From positions 96,844,001-96,908,000 of the forward strand of contig OX597814.1 of the NCBI GenBank assembly GCA_951406725.2: a stretch of 64,000 nt of DNA, read 5' to 3'. Position numbers and translations under genes: made by a program. The stretch comes from Octopus vulgaris. Taxonomy: Eukaryota. A model generated the notes under the pieces. The model was not told where the DNA came from and ran no database searches. It saw nothing but the letters and a program-made list of their open reading frames with translations. Shown here piece after piece: positions 11,701-25,520 of this stretch. Within the stretch, counting starts at the first letter, position 1, and the number at the start of each line of letters is the position of its first letter.

Positions 11701-13973
11701 GTTAGTTGGTGGCCAAGTCAATAGGGTGGTAGATAAAATGCTTATGATCATATAATCCCTTTACATTGTAGGTCCAAACTTTATAAAAGTTTGTCATTCA
11801 TCTGAATTGGCAAAATATTGGTAATGTACCACAATCATTCTATTAGTTTTACATCTTCCTTTGTTGATATATGAATGCAAGAAATTATTGCACAGTAGAT
11901 AGGCAGAAGAGCAGGAAATAGATGGTTGACTCAGTAGAGAACATATTTTTGAGCCCAATCAAATATTTACCATAAATATATTGAAAGCCGCTTCAATTGA
12001 CTATTCCTCTTTTCTACGAATTTGTGATCATGTACCAAGTAGGAAATTATCAAATTTAAGCAATTATTATTGTTGTTGAACCATGCCCCAATTATGTTGG
12101 TTGTAGTATAGTAGCACAGATGGAAAAATAAAACAAAGGATGTGCTGTGAGCAAAACAACACTTTACATTACTTCAGACTGAAAACTTTGCAAAATATAG
12201 AGTTAAAGATTTTGGGTCAAAATACTTGCTGAAATGTTATGTGATTGCTATTGTTGTCATTGTCATTGTTAGTGCTGCCATCATCCTCAAGCATCATGTT
12301 GGCTCTCATTGAACAGACCTGTGATTGAAGGTATTTTAGCCATGACCATTCCATCTTTTCCCTGTGTATAGGAAACCCAGAACCACATTTATCCAATTTT
12401 AAAGACAGTATCAACTGCTATTTCTAGCATATCGGAGGACTGTATAGGAGCTTACAAAACTTTTGGATCTATATATACATATAAACTTCTGGACAGTGGC
12501 ATCCAGGACATATGATATATTGTATAGAGAAAATACTAGAGTTCTAGTCAATTTGGATCAGTCAAAAATGTTTTGCAAGTGAGATCATTAATATATGACA
12601 ACTGAGCTTTGAGCAATCACTTTGAGGTTTGCTTTCTGATGCTAAATGGCAACTTTTTACCATAACTACATCTGTTCAATTGTCCAAAACAGCCACTAGT
12701 TAAAATCCTCACACATCATATGCTCTGTATGGCAGCAATATTCCCCCTTTTGCAGTCTTGTACACATTAAAGCCAAACTTTTTGGAGAAATTTCTCTTGG
12801 AAAAATTCCTCTTGAGCTGAAACAGGGTGAGTACATCATGTGCTTAAGAGATAGCATGTCATTTGAGATACTGTATCTGCAAAAATCAAAGTGGTACGTG
12901 CTAAAGTAACAAAATACAAGATGTCAGAAACAACTTGTCTTTTCTTGGCATGTATCTTGGCACATGAAGAAGTAATTTTATGCCATAGTTGTTTAACAAT
13001 GAATGCAATATTGAGTAGCAAATGTGCCAAGAAGCTATATACAAAATGCCAAGTAGAAATAATCATTGTGTGCTACAACCTGATAGCTGTGCCTTTAGCT
13101 AGGGAATATCTCACCAAATTAGAGCACTTGCTCATTTAGCTTTCTTTCAAAAGGACAGGTGTCATTGATCAGGAATCCGTCTGCTATCAGTACTTATTCT
13201 TTGTATACCAATGTTGCTGATGCTCTGAGCCTACTGTATCAGCAAATATTCTCTGTGGTAGTCTATTGTGGGGGGGAAAAAAAGAGGCTCTCCTAGACTG
13301 AGGCTGGGTGTTTGGTTGATGTTCAGCATTTGACATTTGAATTGTCTATTGACAGCATATTCAGTTCTCTATCGACCATACATTGTAGTTGGTGGGACAA
13401 ATGGTTAGAAGATAAAAAAATAAAACTATTATGTTTTGTGGCACCATTAATAATACATGGGATACATTAGTAGAAATTTGATGTTGTATGGAAGATGATT
13501 TCAGTCACACACACACTCTGTGCTGAGTATATTGTATTGGATGTTGCTGTAAATTTGAGAATGAGTGCAAATGATCAGAGAAAGTATTTGCTGATGTATA
13601 TAAGGAAAGTGTTACAAACTAGTTCTTGGGGGTATTCAGTGTCAACATGGGGGATGAATGTCCTGACAATAAAGTAGATTAGACTACAGAAAGATTTAGA
13701 TCACAATATAAGGGTACTTAAAAGCAACCATTTGGTTACACTATGCCAACATGGAAAATGATTATGATGCAATAAAAATGGCAACATGAATCATGATGGT
13801 GGGAATGGTGATAGGGGCAGTGGTGGCCATTGTCACTTTTGTCATCTGTGACGGAGAAAGAACTGAAAATGTTGATAGAAATCATATTGTCTGTTATATT
13901 GATCAATAATTATTTAACTGTACACTTTCAATCAAATTTATTTTGACAGTTATGTTTTGATCTTATTCTTTAG

Positions 13974-14136
13974 CTGGTGATCTACAGACAGATCATGAAA
14001 TATGGCTTTTTTTCATAGGAACTAAGCCACAGTATTGTTCTGTCTGTTGGTTTTACTGTTTTCTACTAACTCCATCTTAGGGGAAAAACGTCAAATTCTT
14101 ATTTGTTCTAAATACATAAATAAACTGTACAATTAG
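13974..14136 (+). other. candidate internal non-coding exon (163 nt)
   Basis: Acceptor ttttgatcttattctttAG (to 13973) and perfect donor AG|GTAAGT (14137) in non-repeat sequence; no convincing open frame. Confidence 0.4.
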
Positions 14137-15037
14137 GTAAGTCAAAAGACCATTGTTTGTCCACTCCTTACTCTAATTTCCTTTCAGTTTTAAAAGAAAT
14201 TCTTCTTTATTAAAATGACTACACTAAATAGACACTTCCATGCGACAAATGGTGATACATTTCATGCCCACTCCAATTTACTTTATTAAATTGTTACACA
14301 ATACACTAGATCACATAACCCATAAAGTAACCCACTATCTGGAAGCTTTTAAGTAGTTGCTCAACCTGTTGAGGCAACAGTAAGCCAATGTTCATCAATG
14401 CTCTACTTAATAATAAGAACAAGTTGTGTCTAGAATGTTGGATGAACTGCTGTTTTATGAGATCTAAAAGCCATCTGTATATTCAGTACAAAAGTACATG
14501 CATTATTTTTGGAAAAATATTTTCTTTCTTTTTTTTCTAAAATGCACATCAACAGAAATAGCTCAGATTTCCCTATGCTCAACATATCAAAACTTGGTGT
14601 ATAATACACATTACTTAAGAAGTACTTTGAAATATATAAAGACTTCATCATCATATATAATGTTTATGTGACTCTTATCCCAGAGATAAAACACCCTTAC
14701 ATATTTTCACATATCTTAAAACTATCTCAAATATCAGGTTGTACATAAAGCAGATGTCTTATCACATACATTAAAAAAATACATAGAGTACATAGACATA
14801 ATACACATCATACAGAAGATTTTAGAGTATGATAAGCTTCTAGAAAAGCAAATTTTAAAATAAAATGTAGCAAGAGAAATCATATTATCACCTTTACTAT
14901 GTGTGTTCAGATTTTATCTTCTTTTACATTAGACTATATGCCTCAGTTTCACCCTGACAACAAACAGCTCATAAAACATCATCTTCGCTTCGCGTCAAAA
15001 TCCTTTACAAATAATAAGTGTTTACTAATTAATTCTC

Positions 15038-15078
<41 letters not shown>

Positions 15079-17262
15079 TACACATACACCTTTGCAAAGA
15101 AGGTACAATAACTTTATCTCAAACATCTGTTTTGCTTTGCAAATTAACTGCAGATACCTTTTGTGTAACAGCATCTTATTGTCTCAATTCAACTTGCATA
15201 AAAATTAAATACAAAGCCATCAAGTGCAAGCAAGTATAACCTACTGGTGTGTACCATGCTTCTACCAGTTGTTTTAAATGGCTATACAATCATGAGCAGA
15301 CATAGATACCCTCTTGGCCCGCCCATCCTTGACTCAACAAAGCATTGCAGATGTGACAACTGGAAGGAGAAAGTGCTGCACCAGCAAACAGCCAGTGTTC
15401 ATTTTTAGCTGAGTAGGCAGGAGCAGCATGAAAGGACATATTGCACCACCTGCCTTCAATTTCATGACACAAACAATAATAGTAAACAATTCACAACAAA
15501 TCAAAACCAAATTCATTGGCTTCAAGCAAGGGGGTGTCAGAGTGCATTATTTCAATAGAATAATTACAGATGCTTCTAAGAAACATCATAAAAGGTAACA
15601 AACAATACTTTATTGATACAATGTGCAATGTACTAGGACAAAAATTATGGTTAGACTTATAGTATGTGATCCTATGCCGACAGATGGAAAGGTTAATGTA
15701 TAGGACTAAATGCTATTGTGTAAAACTTGAAATTGCAGTTTATTTTTTTAAATACAAAACAGGCCAGAAGAGATAGAAACTTCTGCAGAAATAAATAGTA
15801 AAACTCCAACAAACAGCAAACAATAAGATTATGTCGCTACTGTACTAGGCATTCAGTTGACTGCATTTCCTGCCTACTATTGTGAACTATTATTGAATAT
15901 CCCTGTGTGATAGACAAATGTAAAAATGCAATGCTTTCTCTTTGTTATTCAAAGGAGAACAATAACAACAAACACTACTTTTTACCCAAACTCTGAAAAT
16001 ATTTGATATGTCATCATCATTTTTACGTACACTCTCCATGCTGGCATGGCTTGGGTGGTTCAACATCTCATGACCATTTCATGCTCCTACATCTGATTTG
16101 GTATGGTTTCTACTGCTGGATGCCCTTCCTAATGCCAACCACTTTACAGTGTGCACTGACTTTTTGTTTTGTTTTTCATAGCACCAATACTAATGAGGCC
16201 ACCTTGCATTAAAGGGGTCCTACCTCTATAAGTGAAGGAGAATAGAAGGATATAGTGTAATGATTTTAGGCAAGGTGATGAGAGAGGGTAAAGTATGATG
16301 AGAGGAACTGCTTTGTAGTTGTAACAGGATGATAGTGGAAAGAAGTAATAAAGTAGACTCTATTGTGGGAGGGAGGGAATAGGGAAGCCACAGGGGGAAA
16401 TGAAGGGATTCGTGTGAGTGGTTATTAAGAAAGGAAGGGACAAAGTGATAAGAGTGATACATACTTATTTACACATGCAAGTATAAACACACTCTCATAC
16501 ATGTGCATACAGGCATGCACATACACACACATAAATATGTATATATACAATTATACAGATATATGGTTATGTAGTTTAAAAGCTTGCTTCACAACCATGT
16601 GCTATTCAGTACTGTTTCCTATATTCTCAGGTTGGTCAATGCTTTGTTACTGGAATTTGGCAGATGGAATTGTACAAAAACCCATTATATGGAGATATGT
16701 GTGTGTATGTTTATGATTTAACTTTACAAATTCCGAAATTTAGTAATTTGACCAAATCTGTACAATAAAACAGTGCTGGACTTGAAACTTGTAGTGGGGG
16801 TTGATGTAATTGATTGAACTGTTCTATAGCATTACTATGAGTCAGCTAATAACCAAGATCAATTGATCTTCTTAATGTACATATTTCTCTCCCTTTCTGT
16901 CACTATTTCCTGCCTCCCATTACCATGCAATAACCTCCTCACATGTCCCCATTGCATTCATTAACGTCCTCTGCAACCCCAATCACCCTGCTGAGTGCAA
17001 TGGTGCAGGGATCCCAGGAGAGCCACCTTACTATTTATACAGAGGACAACCAAACCATTTCTGACATTTGAACAGGGTATGCCTGGACAGTGGAACAGGA
17101 TTTCTATTACAGTGTACAATTTTTAAAACAAGAATATTCTTCCAATTTTTCATTGTGACATTTTTCTAAAGTTCATAAAATAGTGTATGTATCTGTATGT
17201 ATTATATACAAACAGGAAAATACAGCTCAAAATATGTATATATATATATATATATATGTGTG

Positions 17263-17514
17263 TGTGCCGGTGACATGTAAAAGCACCATCCGTTCGTAGC
17301 CGTTGTGCCAGCTCTGTCTGGCACCTGTGCAGGTGGCACGTAAAAAACACCCACTACACTCGCGGAGTGGTTGGCATTAGGAAGGGCATCCAGCCGTAGA
17401 AACACTGCCAAATCTGACTGGGCCTGATGAAGCCTTCCAGCTTCACAGACCCCAGTTAAACCGTCCAACCCATGCTAGCATGGAAAACGGACGCTAAATG
17501 ATGATGATGATGAT
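17263..17514 (+). mobile_element. RTE-X-type LINE 3' end
   Basis: ggttggcattaggaagggcatccagccgtag...catgctagcatgg, (GAT)n tail. Confidence 0.8.
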
Positions 17515-17543
17515 GTATGTATGTATGTATGTGTGTGTATATA

Positions 17544-18462
17544 CAGTGATCCTTCATTTATCGCAGTAGATTGGTTCCGAGACCAGCCGTGATAACTGAA
17601 TTTCCGCTAAGTAGGGACACCATACATACAGTATTTATTTAACATGTATTTGGACTTTTAAAGCCCTCCCTGTACTGTTAATAACCCACCCATTACAGTA
17701 GTCTATTAATAACAAGCACAACTGTTAAGCAATAACACTTGAGATTTTAAAAGTTGAAGTAAAATTTGGATGATGATGGGGATGAATTTGCTATGCAGTA
17801 AAAATGATGATGATGAAGCAATAGAAATGAAATGAGAAGGGCGGTGCCCTTTCCTGTGACACCTCTTCTACTTCTTCTGAAGGTGCGACCGTAGTAGTAG
17901 CAGCAGGAACTGGCTCTTTTTTGCGAGGCTGCAAAAACATTGTGATAGGAAGTTGCTGCTGCTGCTTCTTTTCCGTTCAAAGAGCATCTTGTAGGGATTC
18001 ATGACTTCGTCGACCTTGTTACAAAATTGCACAGAACGAACCATATCATCATCCCATTCTTTAGCCAGGTAGTAGAGCTTGGCCAGCTGTTCCAAAGTTA
18101 AGCCAGTTTGGTTGACAACTTCTGTTTCTTGCTGCATTTCTTCTTCTTTGGATTTAATGAAAAATTTTAGGTATTCATATATATCACCTCTCCCTCTCTC
18201 TCTCTTTCGGAGAGGCACTGAGCAGCTATACGCACACATACACACGGCAGTAACTTCTGCCTGCCGAATTCAATCACAAAGCTTCGGTCGACCCGGGGCT
18301 ATAGTAGAAGACACCTACCCAAAGTGCCTCGCAGTTGGACTGAACCCGAAACCATGTAGCTAGGAAGCAAGCTCCCTAACCACACAACCATGTATATATA
18401 TTAAAAATCTGCGAAGTCATGAATCCACAATAGTTGAACCGTGAAGTAGCAAGGGATCACTG
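17544..18462 (-). mobile_element. pogo/Tigger-like internally deleted DNA transposon
   Basis: TA|CAGTGATCC...GGATCACTG|TA terminal inverted repeats; transposase C-terminal remnant GLTLEQLAK..EWDDDMVRSVQFCNKVD..YK. A SINE B head is nested at ~18245-18392. Confidence 0.85.
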
Positions 18463-18477
18463 TATATATATATATAT

Positions 18478-18810
18478 AATTGATTAGTGAAACAGTAGAT
18501 GGATTTGGTATTAATCTTTATTCCATATGATGATTGTTTCGACCCATCTTGCAACTGTCCTTTAAGTGTGGGATGATGTGCATCTCATTGTGTTGCATCA
18601 ATTTTACAGTCTGGGTCACATCAGGAGCATGCATACATAAAGTAGTGTCTCACTAAAAATATTCCCTAAGAAGTGGGCCAAAACCAACATGACTGCCTGA
18701 ATTCTGTATTCTTAGCAGAAGTATTGAAATGACTAATAGCAAATCCATCTCCTGCTTCACTAATTGATTATACTCGAATAATAATTGAGATAATAATTAT
18801 TTTCTCAACT
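18478..18810. repeat. inverted repeat enclosing a degenerate hammerhead-like motif on the minus strand
   Basis: Arms 18478-18517 and 18731-18769. Minus strand CTGATGT-gaccca...tgggtc-GAAAC (18536-18624). Tail ends CAACT at 18810. Confidence 0.55.
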
Positions 18811-18989
18811 CACACTGCAGAACTCCTGAAGTAGATCCAACAAAAATATACCCCAACTGCAGATGACACCAAGTAGCCCAAACCATGCTAGTGCTTTACT
18901 CAACACATCAACACACTAACTGACAAATAACCATTAGTCCAAAAAAGTACATATATGTAATATATTTAATATATATTATTATTTTAATT

Positions 18990-19160
18990 AATATTTATCA
19001 AAAGCGACAGAGTGACTCAGTGGCTGAGAGTTCTGTGTATCAGCACTTCAAGGGCTGAGAAATATGTGCATTTGCACTTATCAAACTTCAACAGGTTTGA
19101 TAAGTGCTGACATACAAAACTCTCAGCCATGAAGTTTCTGTTGCTTCTGCTAAATATTAG
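18990..19160. repeat. inverted repeat with inner hairpin
   Basis: tggctgagagttctgtgtatcagcactt pairs with aagtgctgacatacaaaactctcagcca. Inner hairpin gcacttatcaaac...gtttgataagtgc (19074-19107). Confidence 0.65.
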
Positions 19161-19199
19161 TAAAATATATGTGTGGGCAATGACAACTGCATAAAGAAG

Positions 19200-19638
19200 G
19201 GCCGATGTCTAACTGTAGAGGGAGCCTGTGGAAGCTGTTGATCTGGGAAGACATGGAACAAAGGGGTGAAGCACAATCTTTGGATGTTGAGTTTCATGGA
19301 GGCTATGATAAGTGACCAAGACTGTTGGCAATTTACTGTGCTTGAGAAGACATGTCAAACCAAGTGAAATTGTAGTTCTGGCTAGTGCCAGTACACATAA
19401 AAGGTACCTGTGCCTGTACATGTAAAAGACACCCATACAGGTACACATGAAAAGCACCTGTGCTGGTGGCACGTAAAAGGCACCCACTACACTCTTGGAG
19501 TGGTTGGTGTTAGGAAGGGCATCAAGTCATAACAGAGCCAAATCAAACTGAAGCCTGGTACAGCTCACCAACTTACTAGTCTCAGTCAAACTATTTAACT
19601 CCTGCTAATATGGAAAACAGACATTAAATGATGATGAT
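19200..19638 (+). mobile_element. RTE-X-type LINE 3' end with ORF C-terminus
   Basis: Degenerate GKTW..VKHNL..L then the shared 3'UTR and (GAT)n. Confidence 0.7.
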
Positions 19639-19995
19639 CATGTTTTGAATTCTGTTTTTCCTGTTTGCATTGTTAAATCTATGATATGTATATATAAATA
19701 TATATATATGTATGTGTACAAATAGTGGAATATAAAATAAACCTTTGTGTTTGGTTTGGAGCAATAATGCTCCCATTTGTACTGGTCTGATGCTCTGAGG
19801 TTTTCAGAATTTCCTTTTCAAATTAAATTATGTTAATGATGTGTTCTTCTCAATGTACATTCTAAACTAAGCTGCAAAAGGTTATAGAAAAATTTATAAC
19901 TACTTAGTCCATCAAGACCGGCTTTAGAATTATGTAACAGTAAATCCTGATAGATAATAATCATGACATACGTATCTGTGCATTTAACTAATGCA

Positions 19996-20067
<72 letters not shown>

Positions 20068-20175
20068 TTTATGTATATATTGTGTGTGCATGTATATATA
20101 GATATATATATACACACACACATGTATAATACATTATGTAATATATGTGTTTGTGTTTAATATGTATATTATATA

Positions 20176-21428
20176 TGAGGGTCAACTGAAAAGTTCATAG
20201 GCTGACCAAGATACTCTCATGGAATGTGACCACATGAAATTTGTTTTCAACATGGACCCCTTATAGTCCACACACATCTTCCATCAGTTTTGCAGTGCTT
20301 GGATCCCATTGGTGAAGAAGCTTTCATCCTGTTGGTCAAAACTGTCATCAACAGCAGATATGATATCATTATCATTGTGATACTGGTTCCCAGCCTAGTG
20401 TTTTTTGTTATGTTGGGGAACAGATGATAATCAAATGGAGACAAATCAAGAGAATAGGGAGGCTGATCAACCAGTTCAAAGCCATAGTCATACATAACAG
20501 CCATTGAAACCAAGGATTTGCATGCTGGAGCATTGTCCTCATGAACAAGATGCCTTTCATCTGTTTTCCTTGGCATTTGGTCTTGACAACCTTTCATAGC
20601 TGCCTCAGCAAGTTAGTATAATACTCTCCATTGATGGTGTGGCCCTTTTGAATATACTCAATAAACACAATACCTTTTGCATCCTAAAAAACTGAGGTCA
20701 TCACCTTTACTGCAGATAAAACGACATTTGCATTCTTTAGAGCAAGTGAGGAAGGGTGTTTCCACTGCATGAATTGTCTCTCTGTCTCTAGCTCAAAGTG
20801 ATGAGGCCATTACTCATCCTGGCTTAGGCATCATTCAAGGAAACTAGCTAGATCTGCCTCAAACAATGTCAAATTTTGCTGTCATGTGATCAGCCTGGTG
20901 CACTTTTGATCAGGTGTCAAAAGACTGTGCACCCACCAAACAAACCTTCATCATGCCAAATGCATTGTATAGAATACTCTCAATTCTTCTATAGACTATG
21001 CTAATAGTTTTGGCTTTTTGATTTATAGTCAATCGCATGTCATCCATCACCCTGTAGTGAACTTGATCAATGTTTTCCTCAGTAGTGGAAGCTGCAGGAT
21101 GTCCAGATATTGGTTTATCTTCAAGACTCACCCTTCACCTCCTAAATTCAGCTGCCCACTTTTGCACTGTTGATAAAACTGGGGTGTCATCCCCTAATGT
21201 AGTAATCATGTCAGTATAAATGCTTTTGGGGACTAAACTGTTTTTCTGCAGGTACTTGATAACACCACAATGCCAGATTTTGTCCATTTTCAAGAGTCAG
21301 ATGTCAGTTTACCTGGAAAGAAACAATGCAGTTATTAATGAGATCAGTTGAAATGAATGCATGCAAGATTTCACAGCTCTAATGTCACTCCTTCATAGTC
21401 AGCCTATGAACTTTTCAGCCCACCCTTG
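20176..21428 (-). mobile_element. full-length decayed mariner transposon
   Basis: Terminal inverted repeats ctgaaaagttcataggctgac / gtcagcctatgaacttttcag with TA flanks, 1253 bp. Transposase remnants MDKIWH, SLEDKPISGHP, HEDNAP, PPYSLDLSPFDYHLF. Confidence 0.93.
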
Positions 21429-21551
21429 TACATATGTTTGTACATACACACACACACATAATGGTCTTCTTTCAGTTTCTTTCTATTAAATTCACTTGTA
21501 AGTCTTTGATCGACCCAGGGCTATATTGTAAGTCTTTGATTGACCCAGGGC

Positions 21552-21850
21552 TATAGCAGACGGTGCTTCATGATGTCATGCTAACTTAAGTGTTAATATG
21601 AAACAGTAAATGTGCAATGAAAGTGAAACATAGATGTTATTCTTTCACTCTTGACATGTAATAGTGAACCAGTGTAAAAAATTGCTCCGGGCCGCATTAG
21701 GGAAGAATTTGAAAACTTTTTGGCCCATGACACTCCATGGACTGTATATAATGTATAAGTAAAATTTGAATCAAATCAGTTGTGTAGTTCTCGAATTTTA
21801 GGGATTCACACATACAGACACACATTCTCAGTTTTATATATTAAGATATA
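21552..21850 (+). mobile_element. Helitron-like non-autonomous element
   Basis: 3' end aaatttgaatcaaatcagttgtgtagttct...cacacatacagacacacattctcagttttatatattaagat resembles Lep1-like Helitron derivatives (from recall only). Confidence 0.4.
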
Positions 21851-21899
21851 TATACATATATCAGTTTCCATCTACCAAATCCACTCACAAGGCTTTAGT

Positions 21900-22310
21900 C
21901 AATGAGCTGGCAGAATCGTTAGCACACTGGACAAAATGCTTAGCAGTGTGTCACTACATTCCAAAGGTCGACTTTGCCTTTCATCCTTTCAGGATTAATA
22001 AATTAAGTACCAGTTGCATACTGGAGTCAGTCTAATCGACTGGCCCTCTCCCACCAAATTTCAGGCCTTGTGCCTATAGTAGAAAAGATTATTAAGCTAG
22101 TATTAAGGCAGTGAGCTGGAAGAATTATTAGCACGTTGGACAAAGTGCTTACTGACATTTTGTCCACATTTAGTTCAAATACTGCTAAAATCAACTTTTA
22201 TCCTTTCAGGGTCGATAAAATAAGTACCAGTCAAGTACTGGGATAGATTTAATCATCTTACTCTCTGCAGAAAAACTCCTGGTCCTTTGCCAAAATTGGA
22301 AACCGTTATT
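21900..22310 (+). mobile_element. two tandem family C SINEs
   Basis: Two consecutive gagctgg.agaat..ttagcac...tcctttcagg...taagtaccagt units, each followed by attaagctagtatt. Confidence 0.8.
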
Positions 22311-22480
22311 AAGCTAGTATTTGGAACATAAATTTGAAGTCCATGTCAGAGAACCAAGGGCAACTCTTTGGTATCAAAAAGATTAAACTCTTTCAGTCAC
22401 CAACCATTATTCTACTATTTTATGTTCTACATTGATCACATCCATGTCAGCCCTACTCTCTCAGAAGTCATCCTCTAGAG

Positions 22481-22680
22481 CAGTGCTTTTCAAACTTTTT
22501 GCTGGAGTGGAACCCCAATGAAACATTCTACTGGCTCAAGGAACCCCTGTGCAATAATTTAATGGTCTTATGCACACATATCTGCACAGGAGAATTAAAA
22601 ATTACTGCCGATTTTAGCAGTTTTGTAACTTCTTGTGGAACCCTTGGACTGTACTGGCGGAACCCTGGTTGAAACCACTG
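22481..22680. mobile_element. hAT (Charlie-type) MITE, 200 bp
   Basis: Ends CAGTGCTTTTCAA / TTGAAACCACTG; perfect 8-bp TSD CTCTAGAG at 22473-22480 and 22681-22688. Confidence 0.93.
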
Positions 22681-23589
22681 CTCTAGAGTGACATCATTGC
22701 ACACAACTTGTACTGTGTCTTGCAAATCTCTCAGACCGACACAGCTGAATTAGAAATAGCTTAGTGTTTAAACTAAACACTGTTTGCTTCTCACCACTAA
22801 ATACTGATGGAAATATTTGTTAATTTGACAAATATTAACATAGCATCCAGCCTCAAAGCAATGTACAGAGAATGTAAGTTCTTATTAGATCACTGGAATA
22901 ATATTTGTACTGATATTTTCATATATTCTGTAGAATCTATAGCAGAAAAACATACCATTGACATCATTTGTAATACAATGTAACATAAATAAGCAATATG
23001 CACAGAAGAGTAAGAGACTTGCTGAGTTGGCAGAAAACTAAATGAACAATTTAGTGGGTGTGTACAAGAACATATCAGTTTTTATAAAGACTTTTAAATA
23101 TTTCCTTGCATATGGACTACAGCAAACTAACACTATTAAAGCTATATGCTTTGAATATATGGTTAGACTAGAAGGATTAAGGAAATGTGCTAAGATTTTC
23201 GTTTTTCTTTCTTTTTTTTTTCTTTTTCAATTTGGTGATAAAATGTCTATCTAGCTTCATATATTCTCTCATAATCATTTTAATAGTAAAGTAATCTGAT
23301 GAGAAATTGGTAATTGAAATACATTAAAATATATATTTAGAATGTAAGTAAACTTTATAAGAATGGAATGAAAATTAAATATTTTTTGTGCTAATAAATA
23401 GTCTATAAAATCAACTGGGATGAATTCTAGAAACTAGATAGTGATTTAGCCTTAACTAATAGAAGTCATATCAGTTATTAAATACTAATGTGAATGAGGT
23501 AGAAGAAAAAACTTAAGGTACTGAAATTAAGATAAATGTAAACAGAATTCACTGAAAAGACAAAATGTAAAGAAAAATCACTTTGTTAA

Positions 23590-24400
23590 TGGAGCAAAGT
23601 CTTTGTAATGTCCAATAGTATGATGAACTTACAATTTCTTTGATACAGTAGATCAGATGAAGCAGTGGTAATTTAACTTGTTGCAATTTAAAACAAAAGA
23701 GAAACGTAAATGAATGTTTAGAAGAAAGAGAGTTAGATTAACTTAAATAGATATCATATGAAATTCAAGCAGTAATTCTGCAATGATTAATGCAGTTCAG
23801 TAATCTAGTGTCTCGGCCTCTCAGGAGTTTTAGCTGTTCAATGACAAAAGTAAAGCTGATTATTTAAAAAGTCCTTCATGAATTCTGTTATTTAAAAATG
23901 TTCTCTTATAGTTTACTTGTATAATAATTTCAGTTATATAAGAAAACTGTTGAGATTTTATATCTTTGTTGCTCTTTAGCTCTAGTTCAGCTGTGATCCA
24001 AGCTGTTCTGGCTGTAATCATCTTGTCTTTTGGTATTTGTAGAGATAAATTATTTAATCTGTTCTTTTGGGTTTCTGAGATAGTAGCATCTGATTTGAGG
24101 GATATTTGGTAGCTATTTCTAGCCACTCCAGTGGTTAGATATGTGACGCTTATTGGCTTATAATTCTTATGTAATATTGTGATGTAAGGATTGTTGAATG
24201 TGAAGTATAAAAGTGCTGAACTAAATGCTCTGCAGTATTTAGCTAAATCCATGTATTTTCTGCTTTGCTTGTCATCCTTGCTGAGTCATTAAGTAGCAGT
24301 TGTAAGCTGAGGTTTTTCCTGACAATGCTTCTCACAAATATGAAAAAACTTTGCGTCACAGTTAAAAACATTATTTGTTGTGACTGACTGCTGCTAGCCA
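23590..24400 (-). mobile_element. possible decayed LINE ORF1 (gag-like)
   Basis: 130-aa ORF 23860-24252 with a frameshifted N-terminal part (MASSSQSQQ..) and downstream broken CxxC..H zinc-knuckle-like remnants near 23600-23700. Confidence 0.35.
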
Positions 24401-25520
24401 TTTTGTTGGGGTGGGCTGGTGAAGTTAAAGCTTTCCAGAATTCATGGCAAGAAACTTTAGTAAAATTATCAATTCACATTTATACCCATAACACTTGGTA
24501 TTCTGTTTACATTACCAGACTTCTAAACAGTAACCTTGAAATGCTAGGATCCTCAATGAGAAACAGTTAACTTATGTCATTCAAATTAAGTTTATAAACA
24601 GAACACTGAAAATATGCAAAATAAATAACAATTGTATACATGCGCATGTCAAATTATATATAATACATATGCGCATGTATACATAAATAGATAACGCATG
24701 TATAATGTATGAATACATTAAAACATAAATTCAAACACATATGTTCATACACATGCATGTAATTATATTCAAATATACATACATAAGCTCTCTACAGGAT
24801 ATACGACAATGATAGTTCCTCTATTGTTGCTTTATGTTGTTAGCTCTGTTAAGTGTCAGGGCTATATCAACAAACTCATGTCACCCACAACATTTTTTTG
24901 TAGGTGACCTAGAGCTGCACTCTAATAATATTTATGATTATGAAACACAGTTATATGTGGTCACAATATCATAATGCTCTCATGGGATGAATAGAAAGGA
25001 AATTTGGCTGGCGATTGAATGTTTGGCTCTTGTAGTTAACTGAAGCAAAATCATGAACCAGTCAGTGAACTTTATATCAACTGTTTGTCTTTTTCTCCTG
25101 ACTCCAGTGTTATAAATATTCTGGAACTGAAAAAGACAGGATTAATGTTAATGTAAGATGCAAAGTTACTTCAGCAACCTATGAATGGCAGTTGTATCTG
25201 ACTTCCTACAAGTACATATCATTCGTTCAATGTTCATTTTTCCCATCCTAACATAGGTTGGATGGGAGATGTCTGAGGCAAGATTTAACAGCTATATGCT
25301 ATTAGTGCCACTAACCCATAGCTGTTTTTTAAGTAAAGTATTTTTTTATTGCACAGGACTTTGAAAGTGCTGAGCAAGTGGTCTTGATGTCAACAAGGAA
25401 TGTATACATCATTCACTGTTTCACTCAAGCAAAACCATGGGATATCAACAGTCATGCATGTTTGCACATACAAATGCATGCACACACACACACACACAAT
25501 ATGTGTGTGTGTGTGTGTGT

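Noticed and set aside
12700-13400. Possible minus-strand LINE RT remnant (LIFAD..)
   Set aside because: The motifs are too degraded to assign by eye.
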